From Promethearchaeota archaeon (GTDB taxonomy: Archaea > Asgardarchaeota > Lokiarchaeia > Sigyniarchaeales > SOKP01): a stretch of DNA of 64,000 nucleotides. Both the position numbers and the translations under genes were made by a program. Shown in pieces: positions 20,611 to 31,622 of this stretch; positions within the stretch are counted from its first letter, which is position 1; the number at the start of each line of letters is the position of its first letter. The notes below the pieces were generated by a model. That model was not told where the DNA came from. It made no database searches and worked only from the letters and a program-made list of their open reading frames with translations. The stretch lies in NCBI GenBank assembly GCA_048938445.1, contig JBHLME010000004.1, forward strand, positions 1-64,000. The letters are read 5' to 3'.

Positions 20611-23600
20611 TTAATTATTTTTAATAGCTAATCCATATATAATTCTTCTTAGATGACTATTTTCTGGTTCTCTTACACCCATTTTAAGTGCACTATGTAT
20701 GTAATAGAGTGCTTTTATGTTTTGGCCTTCTTTTAACAAGTTAAGTCCATTGTTTGCATAAATTAATGCTTTTTGTCCTAAGGGTGAATCTTCTGGTACT
20801 GTCGGAGGTAATCCGTTTTGAATTTCTTTAATTATATTATTTAATTTATCTGATTCCGAAGGTTTTCCTTCATTTTCTAGGATTTTATTAGATTTTTTTG
20901 GTTTTTGAGGTACTTTATTTACCTTTTCTCTTAATCTTTCTTTATTTTTTGATTTTTGTTTAAAAGCATATCTTATAGTTAAAAAAGTACCTATTAATGA
21001 GATGAAACCTATAATTAATATTAAAATATCTAAAAAATCTAAATATTGACTTCCTATAATTTGGAATGATTGTAAATTAGACCACGGTCCTTTTAATATA
21101 CTATAAGTAGGTGAAACTCTCCAGTAATACATCCCTTCGGGTAACATTATAAATAAACTTATATTTGTTGATATAGGAGTTTCAGCTATATCGTGTATTT
21201 CATATAATATATTTGAGAAGTCGAGAATATTTGAGATTTGTAATGTATAATTTACCACTCCAAAGAGGACTTCTAAACTATCCCAAGAAAATTCATTATA
21301 TCCATTATATATAAAATTTCCATTTGGAGATATAAGAGTAACTGGATCAATATTTAGGAAAGGTGTAACTTCCGGACCATCAATCAGTTCCGTATTAAAT
21401 GTATTTAGACCATCTGAACAAGTAAATTTAAACTGATAATAATCAAAATTCAGAAATGTTTCGTAATAATATTCTATTCCATCAATGTAATTATTATCAA
21501 ATGGTTCTTGTTTTTCCATACTATATTCATTGCCATTAATCAGAACATTTACAAATAGTGGCGCATTATTATCAGCATCGCTATATACAACACTAAATGT
21601 AAACGGTGTATCTTGATCACCTGAAGTGGGCGTAACCTTTGCATCTGTTAAAGCTGGTGGCCAATAATTAGTTTGGGGGAATAAAGTAGCTGTAGGATCA
21701 CCAAATAAATTAATTTCATAGTAGCACCATCTAATAATATTATTTGAAACGAATCCAATACTATCTTCTTTTGAATCTTGATTCGCCTTACCAATTTCAA
21801 AAATATTTTCAGCAAAAATAGCATCAAAGAATTCTCTGTCAAAATGCTGAGAAGCTCCATTAGTGGAATAATAATTTCCCCATCCATACCGACTATTTCC
21901 AATAAACGCGAATGCCCCATGAGCTGTATTTACAAGATGTTCGGCAATACAATCATAATTCCTGTACGAACCAGATGTCCCTCTATTGTCAAACGATCCG
22001 TCATAGCAACCTTGACTGTAGCCAAAAAAATATTTTGTATTGGTAAGTAAGGTATCGACATCATTGTTAACCATTTTCATTACATAATTTACATTTGCGT
22101 GACCCATGTGATTTATCACGTTCACATCATTATTGATCAAATCAATCAATTCATATTTACTCCATATCGAATCACGATCATAAAGGGTGTCTACAATATA
22201 ATCATCAGGAAATCCTGCGGTTTCATAACCAAATGAATTTGAACCGAGTCTTATTTCTTCCTTATAGTCTGATCCCCATACGGACCAATCCAAATCTTCA
22301 CCAACCATGAGGGCTTTATTTAAATATGGATCGCTACTTGTTTCATGATTTATTGTTTTTTCTATAAAATTACTAAGTTCAATCTCAGAATCAACCGGAG
22401 CCCTTCCCACATATATTTCAGCAAAAAGATCATCTTCTCCTATTTCACCCCAATAAGAATCACTATCATCATTCCAAGTACCATCTAATGCCGCATAATA
22501 TAGGTCTGAGGGTATGTTAGAATCATTTTCACCAGACCCACCGTAATATAAACCTCTTGCAGGAATAATCGGTGCTTCACTTTCTCCACCTACATCAGAA
22601 CCATCTCCATCACCACCAAGCAAAACATATTCAATCCCCCATTCATTGTATGCATCTATTATGAAGTTTCTTATTTTTTCAGCATCATCCCGGCCTGAAT
22701 AATTTGAATATATATCTTCAGTTGTTACAATTATCGTGTCAATTCCCCGTGAGTTCTTAAGTTCAACTAAATCTTGGAATTTGTATTCTTCACTTGAATC
22801 CCTTAATCTATTGTTAGTTATTATAACATAATCATATGAACCTTCTGGTAATGTCAATTCTCCTGATTCGGGTAAATAACTAGATTTGAGATATGAACTA
22901 ATATCTTCTGGATTATAAACATTATTTATAATACTTTCTACGTCCTTAGGTAAACCTCTATAAAGAGGATTGATGTCATTATCATCAATTAAATTAACTT
23001 TTATCTCCATTTCATCATAATATTCAATAGAATTAGTTTTAGTATTATATTGCAGGGGAAATACATTTAAGATTAGTATTTTAAAACCTCTTGATTTTTG
23101 AATACCTTCTATAGAATAAAATTTGCCAGGAAAGTGATTTAATGATTCATATATAGATTTATCAAAAAAATATTTAGCATCAACATTTGAACTTAGGGGA
23201 TATTGAGTTTGAGAAGGTTCAATTTTATATTTTAGGTCTAAAATTTCTGCTTTATCCATCCCAACTTCAATATTTTCTAGATTTTTATCCATTGGCAGGA
23301 GTATCTTTAAAGTTTTAAATGGTATTGCTGGCATTCCCGCATCCATTAGTTTATTATTATCTTCAAAATTTACACGAGTGCAAATTTCTCCATTGGGTGT
23401 ATTAATTTCATTAATTTGGGGTTCTGGTATGGATATTCTAAATTCTAGCTTATCTTTTTCTGTTTTGGAAATATCATTTGTTTCATTAAGAATGTCATTG
23501 TAATTAACCTGAATTTCAGATATTTGTTTTAAATATCTTGAATCATCATTTTGTTGGTTTAAGAATTTTGTATTTAAAGAAATAAATATTGCAAATCCAA

Positions 23601-23679
23601 ATCCATTTAATATAAAATTAAATAAGATAAATAATAAGATCAAAATATTTGATACTCTAGATTTTTTTTTTCTTCTCAA
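20611..23679 (-). CDS. Peptidase C25 (gingipain-like), membrane anchored
   Basis: Propeptide (GMPAIP), YVLLGGD, SDLYYA, GRAP, HMGHA, SQGC, NLFGDP; N- and C-terminal TMs. Confidence 0.85.
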   Translation of the reverse strand: MRRKKKSRVSNILILLFILFNFILNGFGFAIFISLNTKFLNQQNDDSRYLKQISEIQVNYNDILNETNDISKTEKDKLEFRISIPEPQINEINTPNGEICTRVNFEDNNKLMDAGMPAIPFKTLKILLPMDKNLENIEVGMDKAEILDLKYKIEPSQTQYPLSSNVDAKYFFDKSIYESLNHFPGKFYSIEGIQKSRGFKILILNVFPLQYNTKTNSIEYYDEMEIKVNLIDDNDINPLYRGLPKDVESIINNVYNPEDISSYLKSSYLPESGELTLPEGSYDYVIITNNRLRDSSEEYKFQDLVELKNSRGIDTIIVTTEDIYSNYSGRDDAEKIRNFIIDAYNEWGIEYVLLGGDGDGSDVGGESEAPIIPARGLYYGGSGENDSNIPSDLYYAALDGTWNDDSDSYWGEIGEDDLFAEIYVGRAPVDSEIELSNFIEKTINHETSSDPYLNKALMVGEDLDWSVWGSDYKEEIRLGSNSFGYETAGFPDDYIVDTLYDRDSIWSKYELIDLINNDVNVINHMGHANVNYVMKMVNNDVDTLLTNTKYFFGYSQGCYDGSFDNRGTSGSYRNYDCIAEHLVNTAHGAFAFIGNSRYGWGNYYSTNGASQHFDREFFDAIFAENIFEIGKANQDSKEDSIGFVSNNIIRWCYYEINLFGDPTATLFPQTNYWPPALTDAKVTPTSGDQDTPFTFSVVYSDADNNAPLFVNVLINGNEYSMEKQEPFDNNYIDGIEYYYETFLNFDYYQFKFTCSDGLNTFNTELIDGPEVTPFLNIDPVTLISPNGNFIYNGYNEFSWDSLEVLFGVVNYTLQISNILDFSNILYEIHDIAETPISTNISLFIMLPEGMYYWRVSPTYSILKGPWSNLQSFQIIGSQYLDFLDILILIIGFISLIGTFLTIRYAFKQKSKNKERLREKVNKVPQKPKKSNKILENEGKPSESDKLNNIIKEIQNGLPPTVPEDSPLGQKALIYANNGLNLLKEGQNIKALYYIHSALKMGVREPENSHLRRIIYGLAIKNN

Positions 23680-24020
23680 GAGGATTACCCCATCTATTAT
23701 TTATTAAATAAATTTACTCTTCTTTTATTTATAAATGTATATGATTCATTTTGTTTTGATATATAATTTAGAAAGTTCTTATTGCACTATATGTAAAATA
23801 AATCAATAGTAGTATAAATCAGAATAGATTGCATATGTTTTGAGCCTTTACCAACATAAATTTTAAGTCAAAAATAGTTATATTGGATATATTAAATATA
23901 TATGTAAAACTGATAATATATAATATAAGGGTGTATTAACCTATTTAATTCCATATTCATAATTTGTAAGAATTTTTATGAAGATGTGTTTAAAAACAAG
24001 CTATTGAGGTTTTAAAAAAC

Positions 24021-25667
24021 ATGACAAAATTTGGTATTGTTACAAACAGAAATAGCATGATTGGCTCTCGAACGCGTGTAGAGGATGCATGCGAATCGGG
24101 ATTATGTCCAATTTGTATTGCTGATTGTCCCGTGTTCTGTGAGGTTTCCAAATCTGCTCTTCGAGGAAGAGAAGTTCTTTATCCTTCAAGAGAGTTTTTT
24201 GGCGACTCTACAGCAGGGACTCCAAAAGATTTTGGTTTGGGCTACAGGGATTTCCAAATTCAATTTGAAGTCAGAGGTGCCCTAGGAATAGAAGAAGACA
24301 TGGACAAGGTAATTTTTCCTAATGCAGATGTAAGCACGATGTGGGGTAATATTCCTCAAAAAGTTCCTATAGTCATAGCAGGTTTAGGAAGTACTTATGT
24401 TGCCAAGAGAAACTGGGATGGATTAGCAATGGGTTCAGCCCTTGCAGGTTGTAGTATTACTGTTGGAGAAAATGTCTGCGGTATGGACTCAAATGCAAAA
24501 TTCACTGATGATAAACCATATCCAAAAGTAATTGATACAGTTGATATGAAGTATCGTGTTGATGCCTTTAGGGAATTTTGGGATGGAAAGCATGGAGACA
24601 TCATTATCCAAAAAAACGTAGAAGATACAAGATTGGGAGTTTTTGATTATGTTACTTCCAAATTAGATATTACATCTTTAGAAATAAAATTTGGACAAGG
24701 TGCAAAAGCAATTGGTGGAGAAGTAAGATTGGCAACCTTAGAACGAGCACAATTGCTCCAAAGCAGGGGATATTTGGTCTTACCTGATCCATCAGATCCA
24801 GTGGTCATCGACCAATGGAAAGCAGGATTGATTCCTGATTTTGAGAGGCATAGCCGGGTAGGTATCGCTTCCACGGAAGATGTATTGGAAGAGATTGACC
24901 AAATTAAATCAATGGGCGTGAAAAACGTCTTTATCAAGACTGGTGCATACAGACCTGCATCTACTGCGTGGATCATTCGATTAGGTGTTGAAGGTAAAGT
25001 TGATGGTATGACTTTTGACGGCGCTGGTGGAGGTACAGGAATGAGTCCCGTGAGTATGATGAACGAAGGCTCGATTCCAACGGTTTATTTGGAAGCTTTA
25101 GTTGTTGGTTGCTTGGATATGATCAAGAAAAAAACCCCTAGTGCCAGAATCCCAACTATTGCGATTGCTGGAGGTATTGCTAGCGAGACACAAGTTTTCA
25201 AGGCATTAGCTATGGGTGCACCTTATGTTACATGTGTAGCAATGGCAAGAGCACCAATCACCGCGGCAATGAAAGGTAAGTACATGGGTGAAATAATAGC
25301 TGATGGAGCTGCAACTCCTGCAATGTTAAAAACTCTAGGATTTCCAAAAGAAAAGGAACCTGATACGCTTACTGTTGAAGAAGCATTTGCAGAGTATGAT
25401 TCACTCAAAAGGGAACATGGTGAGAGAGACATCCCTACTGCTGCTGTTGGTGTTTATAGTTATTTCTCAAGCAAGATCGGCACGGGTTTAAAGCAATTGC
25501 TAGCTGGTGTAAGAAAATTTAAATTAGACTTGCTTAAACGAGATGATATTGCAACTATTTCTACTCGTGCAGAAACAGTATGCGCAAAATGGAAGATTGG
25601 AGTTCCCCCTCAAGAAGATTTAGATATTGAAGATGTCAAAAACGAAATTTACTCTGGAAATTATTAA
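24021..25667 (+). CDS. Archaeal FMN-binding glutamate synthase subunit
   Basis: N-terminal Cys cluster, EIKFGQGAK, DGAGGGTGMSP, AGG, KALAMGA. Confidence 0.88.
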   Translation: MTKFGIVTNRNSMIGSRTRVEDACESGLCPICIADCPVFCEVSKSALRGREVLYPSREFFGDSTAGTPKDFGLGYRDFQIQFEVRGALGIEEDMDKVIFPNADVSTMWGNIPQKVPIVIAGLGSTYVAKRNWDGLAMGSALAGCSITVGENVCGMDSNAKFTDDKPYPKVIDTVDMKYRVDAFREFWDGKHGDIIIQKNVEDTRLGVFDYVTSKLDITSLEIKFGQGAKAIGGEVRLATLERAQLLQSRGYLVLPDPSDPVVIDQWKAGLIPDFERHSRVGIASTEDVLEEIDQIKSMGVKNVFIKTGAYRPASTAWIIRLGVEGKVDGMTFDGAGGGTGMSPVSMMNEGSIPTVYLEALVVGCLDMIKKKTPSARIPTIAIAGGIASETQVFKALAMGAPYVTCVAMARAPITAAMKGKYMGEIIADGAATPAMLKTLGFPKEKEPDTLTVEEAFAEYDSLKREHGERDIPTAAVGVYSYFSSKIGTGLKQLLAGVRKFKLDLLKRDDIATISTRAETVCAKWKIGVPPQEDLDIEDVKNEIYSGNY

Positions 25668-25873
25668 ATCTAATATTTTTTCTTTTTTTTTCTTAAAAAT
25701 TTCCTAAAATCTTATTTCTAAGATTATTTATATAAAATTTTAAATTTAGATTTATTAGACTTATTGAATTACTCTATTTTCACACAATTTCAAATAATTC
25801 AATTAAACAAATAAAACCCTTATTTTCTAAATGAGTTAACTATCAAAATTTTATTAGAATAAAAAAAGTAAGT

Positions 25874-25952
25874 TTTGAATAAATATTCACAAGACTTTTA
25901 TAGCTTCGAGTTTTTTAATACCTAAAAATAGACCTATGAATAATTATTCATA
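25874..25952. promoter_or_regulatory. Two palindromic operators upstream of cdhA
   Basis: TTTGAATAAATATTCACA (25874) and perfect TATGAATAATTATTCATA (25935). Confidence 0.7.
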
Positions 25953-25989
25953 ATAATAAAAATTTAATTAATTGGTAGAGTAAAGAACA

Positions 25990-28341
25990 ATGAGTAAACA
26001 TGGAGCAAGATTAAAAATTGACTCTTATAAAGGACCACTTGGCACTATTAAGGGTTTTGAGTTTACAACGGGCAAGATCGTGCGTGAGGGAGATGAAAGT
26101 GAGTGGGAACCAATGGGCCCACACCCAAAACCTCATATTCCCACATTACGCTCTTGGTTCTTCAAATTAATGGATAGATACAATCCAACATACATGCCAA
26201 TCTGTGATATGTGCTGTTTATGTACGTATGGGAAATGTAATCTTTCCAAGGGAAGAACTGGAGCATGTGGTATTAATATGGAAACGCAGAATGCTCGAAT
26301 CGTAGAGATTGCCTGCTGTATTGGTGCAGCATGTCATAGTGCCCATGGGGACCATCTGCTTCACTGGTTAAAGGAAAAATATGGAAACATTCCTATTAAT
26401 TTTGGTAACAATATTGCTGTTGAAATGCCCTGTACAAGATTAATAGTGGGTATGAAACCAGAGACATTAGAAGATTTGGAAGCAGCAATGGAATGGGTTC
26501 ATTTTACAATAACTCATTTATTAGCAGCGGGTCATACTGGTCAAGAAAGTTCTAATCTTGATTATGAATCTAAAAGTTTTCTCGCAGGTTTAGCAGATTC
26601 CGTTGGGATGGAAATATCTGATGCCGTCCAAATTGCAGCATATGGATTTCCTGTTGGTGATCCCGATGTTCCAATTGTAGAATTAGGTATGGGGACCATT
26701 GATACTTCAAAAGCTACGATATTAATGATCGGACATAACGTTGCACCTGGTGTTGAATTAGTTGATTACCTTCGTGAAAAAGGAATTGAAGACCAAATAG
26801 AGGTTGGTGCGATTTGTTGCACTGCTCATGATTTAACTCGGTACTATAGTGGTGCTAAAATTGTAGGGTCAATGTCAAGACAATTACATTTCATTAGGTC
26901 TGGAATACCTGATGTGGTAATGGTTGATGAACAATGTGTTAATCTTCGTGCATTTGAACAAGCTCAATTAATTAATGCACCATTTATAGCAACGAATGAA
27001 AAAAATATGGGGGGTTTACCAGACAGGACAGCCGATAATATCAATGATATTGTCCAAGATTTAGTCAATGGTAAAATCCCTGGAGTTTTAATCCTTGATC
27101 CAATTAAAGCAGGAGCGATTGCAGCAGAAACAGCAATAAAAGTGAAACCCAAAAGAGCAGGAAAGAGCGCGGTTCCGGACGAAAAAGGATGTATCGACAT
27201 GGCAATGAACTGTAATGGATGTGGTAATTGTCAGAGAAATTGTCCTAATGATTTACCACTTGTAGAGGGAGTAAAGCTTGCTAAGGAGGGGGATTTCTCA
27301 GTGCTTGCTGATGTTTTCGATTTATGCTTAGTCTGTGGACGTTGTGAAAGCGATTGTATGAAAGAAGTCTCTCCACTCACGCTAATTATGCATGCTGGAA
27401 GAGAGAAAATTAAAAATGAGACGTTTAATTGTAGAGTTGGGAGAGGTCCTATTAAAGATACAGAAATTCGGAATGTTGGAGCACCAATTGTACTAGGTGA
27501 GATTCCGGGAATTGTCGCTATAATTGGATGTGCAAATTATGCAAAAGAAATCCAAGAGTTATATAGAATGGCTGAAGAATTCTTAACGAGAAATTACATT
27601 GTCGTCGTTTCTGGATGTGGTGCAATGGATATTGGTCTTGTAAAAGATGAAGATGGTAAGACTCTTTATGATAGATTCCCTGGAGACTTTGATAGGGGTG
27701 GTTTGGTTAACGTAGGTTCTTGCGTATCGAATCCTCATATTACTGGCGCTGCGTGTAAAGTAGCAAATATTTTTGCAAGACGTCCTCTCAGAGGTAACTT
27801 CGAAGAAATAGCGGATTATATATTAAACCGTGTTGGAGCTGTTGGAGTTGCATGGGGCGCAATGAGTCAGAAGGCAGCAAGTATTGCAAGTAGTGCTAAT
27901 AGTTTGGGAGTTCCTGCGGTAGTTGGACCACACTCTGCTGAATATAGACGTTTATATCTTGGTAAGACTTATGATGTAGAAAATTGGAAGGTCTATAATG
28001 CCAGGGATGGTTCGAAAGGTCATTTAATTGGCCCCGGTCCTGAACATTTATTAACTACTGCGGAATCCATTGAGCAAGCAATATGTCTTGTTGCGAAATT
28101 AGCTTTAAGACCTGCAGATAACTCAAAGGGAAGGATGATAAAAATCTCTCATTGGATCGACTTGGAGAGAAAATATAAAGGCGTTATGTTCCCCAATGAT
28201 TTAGAGAAATTCGTTCGGGTTGAGGCCGATATTCCAATCAATTTGAAAGATGAGATAGTCGCATATCTGAAAGAAAAGGGTTGGAAACAGAAAGAACTAA
28301 TTGATCCTACTCTTATTGAAAGATTATGTCATAATAAATAA
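25990..28341 (+). CDS. cdhA: CO dehydrogenase / ACDS alpha subunit
   Basis: CDMCCLCTYGKC, HSAHGDH, IGHN, ICCTAHD, two 4Fe-4S motifs, GSCVSN. Confidence 0.95.
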   Translation: MSKHGARLKIDSYKGPLGTIKGFEFTTGKIVREGDESEWEPMGPHPKPHIPTLRSWFFKLMDRYNPTYMPICDMCCLCTYGKCNLSKGRTGACGINMETQNARIVEIACCIGAACHSAHGDHLLHWLKEKYGNIPINFGNNIAVEMPCTRLIVGMKPETLEDLEAAMEWVHFTITHLLAAGHTGQESSNLDYESKSFLAGLADSVGMEISDAVQIAAYGFPVGDPDVPIVELGMGTIDTSKATILMIGHNVAPGVELVDYLREKGIEDQIEVGAICCTAHDLTRYYSGAKIVGSMSRQLHFIRSGIPDVVMVDEQCVNLRAFEQAQLINAPFIATNEKNMGGLPDRTADNINDIVQDLVNGKIPGVLILDPIKAGAIAAETAIKVKPKRAGKSAVPDEKGCIDMAMNCNGCGNCQRNCPNDLPLVEGVKLAKEGDFSVLADVFDLCLVCGRCESDCMKEVSPLTLIMHAGREKIKNETFNCRVGRGPIKDTEIRNVGAPIVLGEIPGIVAIIGCANYAKEIQELYRMAEEFLTRNYIVVVSGCGAMDIGLVKDEDGKTLYDRFPGDFDRGGLVNVGSCVSNPHITGAACKVANIFARRPLRGNFEEIADYILNRVGAVGVAWGAMSQKAASIASSANSLGVPAVVGPHSAEYRRLYLGKTYDVENWKVYNARDGSKGHLIGPGPEHLLTTAESIEQAICLVAKLALRPADNSKGRMIKISHWIDLERKYKGVMFPNDLEKFVRVEADIPINLKDEIVAYLKEKGWKQKELIDPTLIERLCHNK

Positions 28342-28380
28342 AATAAATAGACAAAGCTCTACTGTCAGTAATCACGTGAA

Positions 28381-28435
28381 ATATGCGAATTGTCTTAAGA
28401 CTAACAGAAATGGTAGTTTTAAGACAATTCCATAT
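28381..28435 (+). other. Long stem-loop downstream of cdhA
   Basis: GAATTGTCTTAAGACTA (28387-28403) pairs with TAGTTTTAAGACAATTC (28414-28430), one G-U; GAAA in the loop. Confidence 0.65.
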
Positions 28436-28543
28436 TCTTTTATATTTTAATATAGCTTTTTGTATTAAATATAACAAATATCAAATTTAATTAATGAATA
28501 ATTAAAAATAGTAAAGAAAAAGCAGTCAATAAAAAGTATTACC

Positions 28544-29551
28544 ATGATTAAAACAGAAATTATTTTGCTATGTAATAATTATATTGCTCCATTTCAAGAT
28601 ATAAATTTGGATTTTATCCAGTTCAATAAATTATTTGCTACGAGGTCAATTGCAGAACACGGTTTAGGTTTTATGATTAATCTTTATGATACTAAAGATT
28701 CTAATGAATGGAGCTTTAATTTGTTGAAAACTATTGTCTTTGACACTGGAAGCCTAAATAAATCATTTTTACATAACATGGACGTGCGAGCGTATGATCC
28801 ACAAATAATAGATGAAATTTTAATTTCTCATTGGCATTATGATCATATTGGAGCACTTTATCCCTTACTTGAACGAATTGATAAAGAGATTCCCGTTGTT
28901 TGCCATGAGTCTGCCAAACGTGAAAGGTTTTTTAAGAGATCGAAGGATGTAAAAAATAGTGATTTAGAAGGAAAAAAAAGGGAAGAAATTTTACCCCTTT
29001 TATCAGTATCTAAGATCGTGAATCAAGAACCTATTGATTTAAAACGAATAGAAGAATTGAAAGCAAATGTCATTTTTTCTAAAGATCCTTATGTGGTTTT
29101 TAAAGATCAGGGATTAAAAATAACATTGAGCGGAGAAATTCCGAGGATACATCCTGAAGAATCATTTTACAACTTTTTTTCACTTCAAGGTGGAACACTT
29201 CAAAAAGATATGATTTTAGATGACAAGTGCCTTATCTTAGAATTTCCAGAAAAAATTATTGTATTAAATGGTTGCTGTCATTCTGGATTAATGAATACGC
29301 TCGATTATGTAAAGACTTTAACTTCGAAACGCATTTCACATGTGATTGGTGGATTTCATATGGTTGGTGCAAGTGAACAAAGAATCAATAAGACATTAAG
29401 TTTTTTAGAAATCTTTCAGGATAATTATGAAAATCTATATTTATTTCCAATTCATTGCACGGGAGATAAATTTCTTTCGATTTTACAAAATAAAAAAAAC
29501 GCGAAATGGAAAGCATTTAATGCAAGTGTTGGGACGGTCTTTAGTTTTTAA
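28544..29551 (+). CDS. MBL-fold metallohydrolase
   Basis: EHGLG, FDTG, SHWHYDH, GCCH, GGFH, HCTG. Confidence 0.88.
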   Translation: MIKTEIILLCNNYIAPFQDINLDFIQFNKLFATRSIAEHGLGFMINLYDTKDSNEWSFNLLKTIVFDTGSLNKSFLHNMDVRAYDPQIIDEILISHWHYDHIGALYPLLERIDKEIPVVCHESAKRERFFKRSKDVKNSDLEGKKREEILPLLSVSKIVNQEPIDLKRIEELKANVIFSKDPYVVFKDQGLKITLSGEIPRIHPEESFYNFFSLQGGTLQKDMILDDKCLILEFPEKIIVLNGCCHSGLMNTLDYVKTLTSKRISHVIGGFHMVGASEQRINKTLSFLEIFQDNYENLYLFPIHCTGDKFLSILQNKKNAKWKAFNASVGTVFSF

Positions 29552-29561
29552 TTGATGGATA

Positions 29562-29765
29562 ATGAACAAGATAAAACAATGTAAATGGTATTTTTGTTGT
29601 CCAATAAAGCGCTTCGTGGAAGAAGATAAATTGGATAAGAAATGGGTCCAAAATTATTGTCTCATTGGGAATAAAGATTGCGTGAGATATAAGATGGAAG
29701 AGTCTAATGAACCACATCCAGATAATCTCCTTCCGAATGGTGAAATAAGGAGCGGTTTAGAATGA
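29562..29765 (+). CDS. Small Cys-rich protein
   Basis: CKW...CP...YC...CVRY...HPDNLLPNG. Confidence 0.75.
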   Translation: MNKIKQCKWYFCCPIKRFVEEDKLDKKWVQNYCLIGNKDCVRYKMEESNEPHPDNLLPNGEIRSGLE

Positions 29766-30455
29766 ATAGCTATCTCCTACGCAAACTTTCCTATAATTTC
29801 CAGGCAACTTCATTTTTATATCATTGATATTTGCAGTACAATGACAAGCTCCAATAAAATCAATACCATTTAGATAGGAATATTTTCTAAAGCCGTGAAA
29901 ACCACCTATTATCGCTTTAATTGGATTCATTTTTCTCGCTTCTAAGATAAAATTTTCTAATCCAGGGTGAGTGCATCCCACTAACAATATTAAATCATGA
30001 TCTCCAGTTTTTAAGAATAACGCTTGTTCTTTAATTGAAGTTCCAAATTGACCCGAAACATATATATTTTGTTCGATTTCGGTACAATCGGTTAATAAAT
30101 GGATTTGAGCGTTTGAGAACTGTCTCTGGTAATTTTCTATGTTATCAGGTATATAAAGCGATATTTTGTTGTTTAAATGATATAAGTCATATAAAGCGCC
30201 ATTATGATCATGATGATTATGAGAGATGATTATTTTGCTGATATCTAATAAATCAACCCCAAATTGGTTTATATTGTGGATGAGCACTTGACTATTACCT
30301 CCCGTGTCAAATAATAAGTACTTATCAGTTAATAAATTATGGATCAATGCTGAAAATCCAAAACCCGGTAAAAAACCATCCTTAACACATTTATTATCGA
30401 ATACAATTTTCACTTCAAAACTCATTTTCCTTCTGATCACTTCATTCAATTGCAT
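29757..30455 (-). CDS. MBL-fold metallohydrolase
   Basis: FDTG, SHNHHDH, GCTHPG, GGFH, CHCT; real start may be about 9 codons downstream. Confidence 0.85.
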   Translation of the reverse strand: MQLNEVIRRKMSFEVKIVFDNKCVKDGFLPGFGFSALIHNLLTDKYLLFDTGGNSQVLIHNINQFGVDLLDISKIIISHNHHDHNGALYDLYHLNNKISLYIPDNIENYQRQFSNAQIHLLTDCTEIEQNIYVSGQFGTSIKEQALFLKTGDHDLILLVGCTHPGLENFILEARKMNPIKAIIGGFHGFRKYSYLNGIDFIGACHCTANINDIKMKLPGNYRKVCVGDSYSF

Positions 30456-31572
30456 CTAAAATATAATCGGTAATGTACTTACTTTCCTTATCCTTTTTAA
30501 TTTTATAATTTACATATCGAAAGTTAAAAACACATAAAGGACATGATGATACAATTTCATTTGTTTCAACTCTATCAAAGAGGTCTTTTCCAATTTTAAT
30601 ACATATAGTACTATCAACGCCTCGTATCCCTGATCCAGCTCCACAGCATGGACATTCTTCATGAGTTTCAATTAATTCTTTAATTTTTACACCACATTGT
30701 TGTAGTATTTCTCGAGGTTCATTAAAAAGAGGTCCATTTTTGTATTTCCTTCCAAGCCTGCAAGGATCGTGATAGGTAATAGTTTTATCCAAATCTTTAA
30801 ATTTAATTTTTTTTTGGATCATCATTTCATAAATTATATCAACAACATGTCTTACATTGATATTAAATTCCTTGAAATACTTGCGATATACCGTATCAAA
30901 TGCATAAAGACACCCTCCGCACGTCACGATTAAGTTTTTAATTCCACATTTTATGAATAACTCGATATTTGTTTTAAAAATATTCTTCGCTAGATCCAAA
31001 TTTCCCGCAGAATATGCATATTCACCGCAACATGGTTCATTTTTCAATATTTTAAAATCATAACCTGCTTTTTTTAGAATTTCATAAGGTGCAGTAGCAC
31101 TTTCTTTAACTCTATAAGATGACATGCAACCTAAAAATAATAGCGTATCGGAATCCGCATTTTCGAATAATTCTGTTTTCAAATAGTTATTGGGTAACCA
31201 TTTAAGTCGTTCTTCTGGATTTCCCCCCACTGAATTGTTATTATCAACAATTCCTTTTATTATTTTTTCGTGTATCTCTAATGGGGCCTTTTTTCTGTCG
31301 ACTAATTCGAGTTTAGATGCATGTATGATGTTTGCAATATCAATTGGTTGCGGACATACGATGTTGCAAGAAGCACAGAGAGTACAAGTATAAAGAGACC
31401 GTACTTCTTCTTCTGATATCTCTATGTTGTTAAACACTTTCTCAGCAATTTTTAATCTCCCATTTGGAGATTGTAAAATATCATTAGTTACTTTAAATGT
31501 ATCGCACGCATCGAGGCAAGTAAAACAGTTTTGGCAATAACTAATGCTTCTTAATATATCATCTTCATTCAT
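30442..31572 (-). CDS. Fe-S oxidoreductase with CCG domains (HdrD/GlpC-like)
   Basis: Two 4Fe-4S motifs, FLGC, CCG, YHDPC, CCGAG, SCPLC. Confidence 0.88.
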   Translation of the reverse strand: MNEDDILRSISYCQNCFTCLDACDTFKVTNDILQSPNGRLKIAEKVFNNIEISEEEVRSLYTCTLCASCNIVCPQPIDIANIIHASKLELVDRKKAPLEIHEKIIKGIVDNNNSVGGNPEERLKWLPNNYLKTELFENADSDTLLFLGCMSSYRVKESATAPYEILKKAGYDFKILKNEPCCGEYAYSAGNLDLAKNIFKTNIELFIKCGIKNLIVTCGGCLYAFDTVYRKYFKEFNINVRHVVDIIYEMMIQKKIKFKDLDKTITYHDPCRLGRKYKNGPLFNEPREILQQCGVKIKELIETHEECPCCGAGSGIRGVDSTICIKIGKDLFDRVETNEIVSSCPLCVFNFRYVNYKIKKDKESKYITDYILDAIE

Positions 31573-31622
31573 GGTATATAATAAAATAAAGATTATAATA
31601 TAATTTTATTTACAATTATCAG

